A model generated the notes under the pieces. The model was not told where the DNA came from, did no database searches, and saw only the letters and a program-made list of their open reading frames with translations. A DNA stretch of 59,283 bases, taken from NCBI GenBank assembly GCA_044225505.1, contig JBGAIN010000030.1, forward strand, positions 1 to 59,283, given 5' to 3'. The DNA is from Limisphaerales bacterium (GTDB taxonomy: Bacteria > Verrucomicrobiota > Verrucomicrobiia > Limisphaerales > SIBE01). A program made the position numbers and the translations under genes. This document shows, piece after piece, positions 55,129-59,283 of this stretch. Position 1 is the stretch's first letter. Each line of letters begins with the position of its first letter.

Positions 55129-56268
55129 TCAACGCGCGGCGACCGACCTCGTCGATCGGCCTGGGCTAGGCATAAGACTCAAATCGACAATCTCGCCAGG
55201 GAACAGCTTCGCCTCGCACGGTAAGCTCACATGGACTGGTAACCCCAAGTCCGAAGTTCCCGTGCTGCCCGGCCATCGCAAACTGGCGATAATCGGCTCC
55301 ATCCGGCTGCCCACCCTCAACACTTTACCATGCCCGATCGAACCCCCAAATCCACGTGAGCGGATTTCCACCGCCATCCCCACGGCCAGTCGCGTCCGGA
55401 GTGGCGGACGAAGGTACGAGACAATGTGCTCCGGGTTGGTTCCCGTAATCGTCACGACCGGTTCGCCCGTCGCCAGGCTTTCCCCTGGGCGTCGATGCAC
55501 AGCGCTGACCACACCATCGATCGGAGCCCGCAAGATCACAGGTCGCATCTCCGCTTCTGTTAAGCGGAGTTTGGCTTCCTGGACATGGATAGCAGCCTCG
55601 ACGGCTGGATGATGTTCGTCCCGGCGAGCAGGGTTGAGGGCCATGGGCTCCGGCCGGGGCGCTGCCAATGTGGCTTCTTGTTCAGCTAACAACTTAGACC
55701 GCTCTTGAACCTCTTCCGCGAGCCGTTCATGCGCCGTCTTCGTTTGTTCCAAGGCTTGTTGCGATAGAATCCCACTGCGAAACAACTCCTGCGCGCGCCG
55801 CCACTCGCTCTCAGCCAACCCAAGCTTGGCGCGACTCGCCGCGAGTTCGACCCGTTGCTCCAGGCAGGCCAAGCGAAGGCGATCAAAACTAACCGCCAGG
55901 CGTTCGTGCGGAAGGAGAGGTTCGAGACTAGCGCGCAACGATTGGATCTCCGCACGAATCACGCCGACCGCTGCCTGCACGACTTCCGGGTCCGTGGTGA
56001 GGACTTCGGCCAGGACCTCGCCCTGATGGACAGGTTCCAGGCAGGTCTTTTGCAGTTGCGTAAGAACCCCGGCTTTCGAACTGCTGATCGTTGCGACCGG
56101 ACCTTCCGCTTGCCCGGACAAAGTGGCTGTCGGTGAAGCCTGGCGCCAGAACCAGAGCGTGCTGACGATGGTTCCCAGGATCACGAGGAGTGGCAGAACG
56201 CGTATGCGAAACTCGCGCCAAAGGCACGTGAAAGGAATTGGGACGGCTGGGCGACGGTCGGTATCCAT
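55129..56268 (-). CDS. HlyD-family membrane fusion / periplasmic adaptor protein
   Basis: Single N-terminal TM, lipoyl-like halves ISSSKAGVL and LRAPIDGVVS...PGE, long coiled coil. Confidence 0.85.
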   Translation of the reverse strand: MDTDRRPAVPIPFTCLWREFRIRVLPLLVILGTIVSTLWFWRQASPTATLSGQAEGPVATISSSKAGVLTQLQKTCLEPVHQGEVLAEVLTTDPEVVQAAVGVIRAEIQSLRASLEPLLPHERLAVSFDRLRLACLEQRVELAASRAKLGLAESEWRRAQELFRSGILSQQALEQTKTAHERLAEEVQERSKLLAEQEATLAAPRPEPMALNPARRDEHHPAVEAAIHVQEAKLRLTEAEMRPVILRAPIDGVVSAVHRRPGESLATGEPVVTITGTNPEHIVSYLRPPLRTRLAVGMAVEIRSRGFGGSIGHGKVLRVGSRMEPIIASLRWPGSTGTSDLGLPVHVSLPCEAKLFPGEIVDLSLMPSPGRSTRSVAAR

Positions 56269-56270
56269 GG

Positions 56271-56957
56271 TCAAAGTTCAGATTCGTCTTCGGCGGCCAG
56301 GCTGCTCAGTTTTGAGACCCCGTCCAACCGTCGGAGTTCGTCGAGGAAATCAGGCGTTCGAGCCGGATCGCGCAGGAGCAGACGATAGGAAAGGTCCGTG
56401 CCCGTGTCCCCGTCATGTAGTCTTTGGCTGGCGCATTGCGTACGTAACGAGTAGCGGGACATTAAACCCGTCAAAGCTGCCAACTCGGTCAGCGGCCGAG
56501 CCCAGTGCAAGTTGAGGATCAGATCGTAGCGATGACGGGTCCCGAAGGAAGTCACGCGCAGGAAAAAGAACATGGCACAGACCAGAACCAGGCCGATGGT
56601 GGCCGTGGCGAACTTCATTGTGCCCGCTGCCATCCCTAAGACGATGGCCGACAGGATGAACGTGGTATCGAGAGTGTCTCGCAGAATATTGCGAAACCGA
56701 ACGATCGCGAAGATCGCCATTAACCCGAAGGCCGTGACGAAATTGTTGCTCAGAACTTGCATCACCAGACAAACCAGGGCCGGCATGATCACGAGGGAAC
56801 CGACAAACGAGCGCGAGTAGGAAAGCCCGGAATGCGTCCAAACATACGTCCAAGCGATCAGTTGTCCTGCGAGAAACGCCAAGCTCAGCGCCATGAGGAG
56901 CAAGGGCAGATTCAAGGGAACTGCCGCAACGTCCGCTTGTAACAATGACTCCCACAT
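56271..56957 (-). CDS. DUF4956 family membrane protein
   Basis: YSRSFVGSL, AFGLMAIFAIVRFRNILRD, GMAAG, soluble C-terminal domain; ATG at 56957. Confidence 0.87.
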   Translation of the reverse strand: MWESLLQADVAAVPLNLPLLLMALSLAFLAGQLIAWTYVWTHSGLSYSRSFVGSLVIMPALVCLVMQVLSNNFVTAFGLMAIFAIVRFRNILRDTLDTTFILSAIVLGMAAGTMKFATATIGLVLVCAMFFFLRVTSFGTRHRYDLILNLHWARPLTELAALTGLMSRYSLRTQCASQRLHDGDTGTDLSYRLLLRDPARTPDFLDELRRLDGVSKLSSLAAEDESEL

Positions 56958-56982
56958 AACTCGGTCGAAGTGTCCCCGGGGG

Positions 56983-59283
56983 CTATGGAATAACGACTTG
57001 ATAAAACCAGACCGCACTCGTGGGCAACGCCACCTCGAACCTTACTGTGCTGGTCGCCGTGGTCTGCGTGGCGACAGTCTGCCATGCGGCAGCCGTGAGC
57101 GCCTCCGTGGCACGGAGTTGATACGTCCCCGGTTTCGAGACTTGATACTCCACCACGAGTGTATTTGCTTCCCGTCGCATCGCCAGGAAGACCGGGATCA
57201 CCAAAGTGACTTCCGCAGCCGTGCCGAGGATCTCTTCTCCTGCTCCATTGGCCGCGGCGATCGTGACTTTGCGGAGGTTCGTCGAGGCCGCAAAGGACGT
57301 TGTCCAGGTTTTCGTCGACGTCCAAGTGACGGGAACCGATTGGCCGTTGACCAACAGCGAAGCCATGTTCAGCGGCCCGGTGCCACTTAAAGTTACGGGA
57401 TCGTCTCCTTCAACCGACGTAATGCCAAATGAAGCCGTCTCCTTCGTCACTTGCGCGAGAATATAATTCCTTGCCGACGTCACCCAAGTCTTGATCGGAT
57501 CAGGAGAAGCCGCGGTGACGCCGTGCTCTTGGAACGCAGCATACTTGGCATCGAGAATTGGGGTCAGAAGTGCCGTTTGCATCGGTCCGTTCACGAGGTT
57601 GTAATAGGCCGTCAACAAGCGACGTTTAAAACCGCCTTGGGAGAACCAGCGCGTGAAGGTGGGATCTCCCGTCGTAAAGAGCGGGAGATTCGAAGGCCCG
57701 TCCGACCCGCTATTCCCCAGGACGATATTCGCATCCCAAATAATTAATTCCCACCGCGCTTGGCTCGGCTTGTACGAATAGGTGTTCTGTGCGTTGCGAT
57801 ATCCAATACTATCCCAATTTCCCAGGGCGTGATTGACAGCGAAGAATCGCATCCATTCATCCACGTCGACCAATTGTTCGATGTTTTCCTCGTAAGCCGG
57901 ATTCGCGTAGTCGGTCGCCACGGTGACAAACTTCAAGACGTTGCTGTAATTGTTGGCGGTGGAATTCGCGCCGCGAGTCAGCCAGTTCCAACGGTACCGA
58001 GCCAGCTTCAGTTCGTTGCTGGTGGTTGTAAACCGGCTGATTGTGACAAACGTGCTGCTCTGCATGTTGAGGCTTTGCGTCACGGCGTCAGGAAATTCAA
58101 ACCACGGTTGCATTTTAAACAGATCGCCGTCCGCATCCTCCGGCCAGAACTCTTTCACCAAATCGTCGCTGCCGACTTGCGTATCTTCCATCAAGGACTG
58201 CTTCTTGGATCCGTTGACATAGAAATGAATGAACCGGCGATGCAACCATGGGTTTCCCGACTTCCTCGCCAGCCAATACGCGATCTGTTCGCGTTGCAGT
58301 GTCGTATCGTCGAACGCGCCATTACCGGGAGCGTGAAGCTTGTTCAAACCCGATGCCCCAAGCACCCGATCATCCTTCGGCAGATCAATCGTGAAATGGG
58401 CGCTACTGGCCGGACCACTGGTAAACTGCTGGTGGTAAGGGCTGCCCGCGAATCGACCGCCGGCATTGTAAATTGCCCGTGAATTGCCGTAGACAAACGT
58501 ACTCTCGATCGGCTCGTTGCTCAGCACAGGCCGGGTTTTCCACACGTCGGAGTTCGCTTGCGTAACCCAGAGACGATAAACACCAAAAGCGCCGCTCGGT
58601 GTGCCGTCACCAAACCGTAACAAACACTCGCGACCAAAGCCTGGGGGGTAAACAATGCTAACAGGCGTCGTGGCCCGGTCGCGCGCTTCAATCGTGAAGG
58701 CGACCAATGCGGTTCCGCCAGGCGCCGGAATCGTCGCGGAGAACAAACCATCCCCCGGGACGGCGTCCCCATCGCGCCCGAGATCATTCATCGGCACGGT
58801 CAGGACCGTCGTTGCCGGATCGATCCGATAACGGAGAGTCACCGCTGCGATCCCGTCCGGATCATCGACCTGCGCAGTCACTATCACAGGTTCGTCAATT
58901 GCAGGAACGACCGGGAAATGCTGCACTTCACCAAAGTTTGGTCCGGCGTTGGCCAGCGTCCGTGTATTCTTGCCGCCGGGCGTCCCAGGCGTCCGGGGCA
59001 CAAGCAAACGGCCATAGGCTTCCAGACCGTTGCCATGGAGACGCAAAAGCACTTCCGGCCATCCCCGAAGCCATTTGACCTTGGCGCGCAGGGTGGCGGT
59101 ATTCCCATTCGTCAATGCCGCCGAGAGTTTGACAAAAACCTTGTTGGCGCCGGTATCTCCATTACCACTGGCACGCAAGTGAAGTGATTGTTGACTCTCG
59201 AAGCCATCGCTGGTTTCGAGGGTGCTCCGAATGTGATTGCCTGAAACTGTCCAGCCTGACAGACCCTGTTCGAAAGTACTGTT
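56983..59283 (-). CDS. CotH-kinase-family secreted multidomain protein, 5' end outside the window
   Basis: Frame stays open to the window edge (NSTFEQGLSGW...); LQREQIAYWL, GDLFK, VDVDEWMRFFA, NWDS...NTYSY, IIWDAN; MNDLGRDGDAVPGDGLFSA; ends WFYQVVIP. Confidence 0.85.
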   Translation of the reverse strand, partial: NSTFEQGLSGWTVSGNHIRSTLETSDGFESQQSLHLRASGNGDTGANKVFVKLSAALTNGNTATLRAKVKWLRGWPEVLLRLHGNGLEAYGRLLVPRTPGTPGGKNTRTLANAGPNFGEVQHFPVVPAIDEPVIVTAQVDDPDGIAAVTLRYRIDPATTVLTVPMNDLGRDGDAVPGDGLFSATIPAPGGTALVAFTIEARDRATTPVSIVYPPGFGRECLLRFGDGTPSGAFGVYRLWVTQANSDVWKTRPVLSNEPIESTFVYGNSRAIYNAGGRFAGSPYHQQFTSGPASSAHFTIDLPKDDRVLGASGLNKLHAPGNGAFDDTTLQREQIAYWLARKSGNPWLHRRFIHFYVNGSKKQSLMEDTQVGSDDLVKEFWPEDADGDLFKMQPWFEFPDAVTQSLNMQSSTFVTISRFTTTSNELKLARYRWNWLTRGANSTANNYSNVLKFVTVATDYANPAYEENIEQLVDVDEWMRFFAVNHALGNWDSIGYRNAQNTYSYKPSQARWELIIWDANIVLGNSGSDGPSNLPLFTTGDPTFTRWFSQGGFKRRLLTAYYNLVNGPMQTALLTPILDAKYAAFQEHGVTAASPDPIKTWVTSARNYILAQVTKETASFGITSVEGDDPVTLSGTGPLNMASLLVNGQSVPVTWTSTKTWTTSFAASTNLRKVTIAAANGAGEEILGTAAEVTLVIPVFLAMRREANTLVVEYQVSKPGTYQLRATEALTAAAWQTVATQTTATSTVRFEVALPTSAVWFYQVVIP

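Noticed and set aside
1..59283. CRISPR arrays, tRNA/rRNA genes, transposases, integrases or prophage genes
   Set aside because: None recognised by eye. A tRNAscan/Rfam/CRISPR search would be needed to exclude small elements.

Overview
About 59 kb of GC-rich bacterial chromosome, mostly minus-strand genes. The gene content points to Verrucomicrobiota (probably Pedosphaera/Limisphaera-like); this is an inference from protein families. No rRNA, tRNA, CRISPR array or transposase was recognised. The main blocks are: (1) a co-oriented run of GT4, exosortase, EpsI, priming sugar transferase, UDP-glucuronate decarboxylase, a PilM-PilN fusion, a PilO-like protein, an accessory protein and a secretin (resembling the Akkermansia Amuc_1101-1098 pilus-like cluster), followed by three uncharacterised secreted proteins, a large subtilase and coaE; (2) cupin, matrixin with a coupled partner, ABC exporter, Tat protein, beta-CASP nuclease, L,D-transpeptidase and typA; (3) an arabinan/arabinoxylan locus with two GH51 enzymes, a XylR-type regulator and a prepilin-like protein; (4) an SNF2 helicase with a coupled partner, site-2 protease and DUF2167; (5) CAP protein, kexin-like S8 protease, HlyD-like adaptor, DUF4956 and a truncated CotH kinase. 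The strongest candidate for an undescribed system is a ~70-aa C-terminal domain shared by seven unrelated signal-peptide or secreted-type proteins, three of them encoded directly downstream of the secretin machine. This suggests a CTD-addressed secretion or surface-sorting pathway. All family calls come from motif recognition by eye; no database searches were run.
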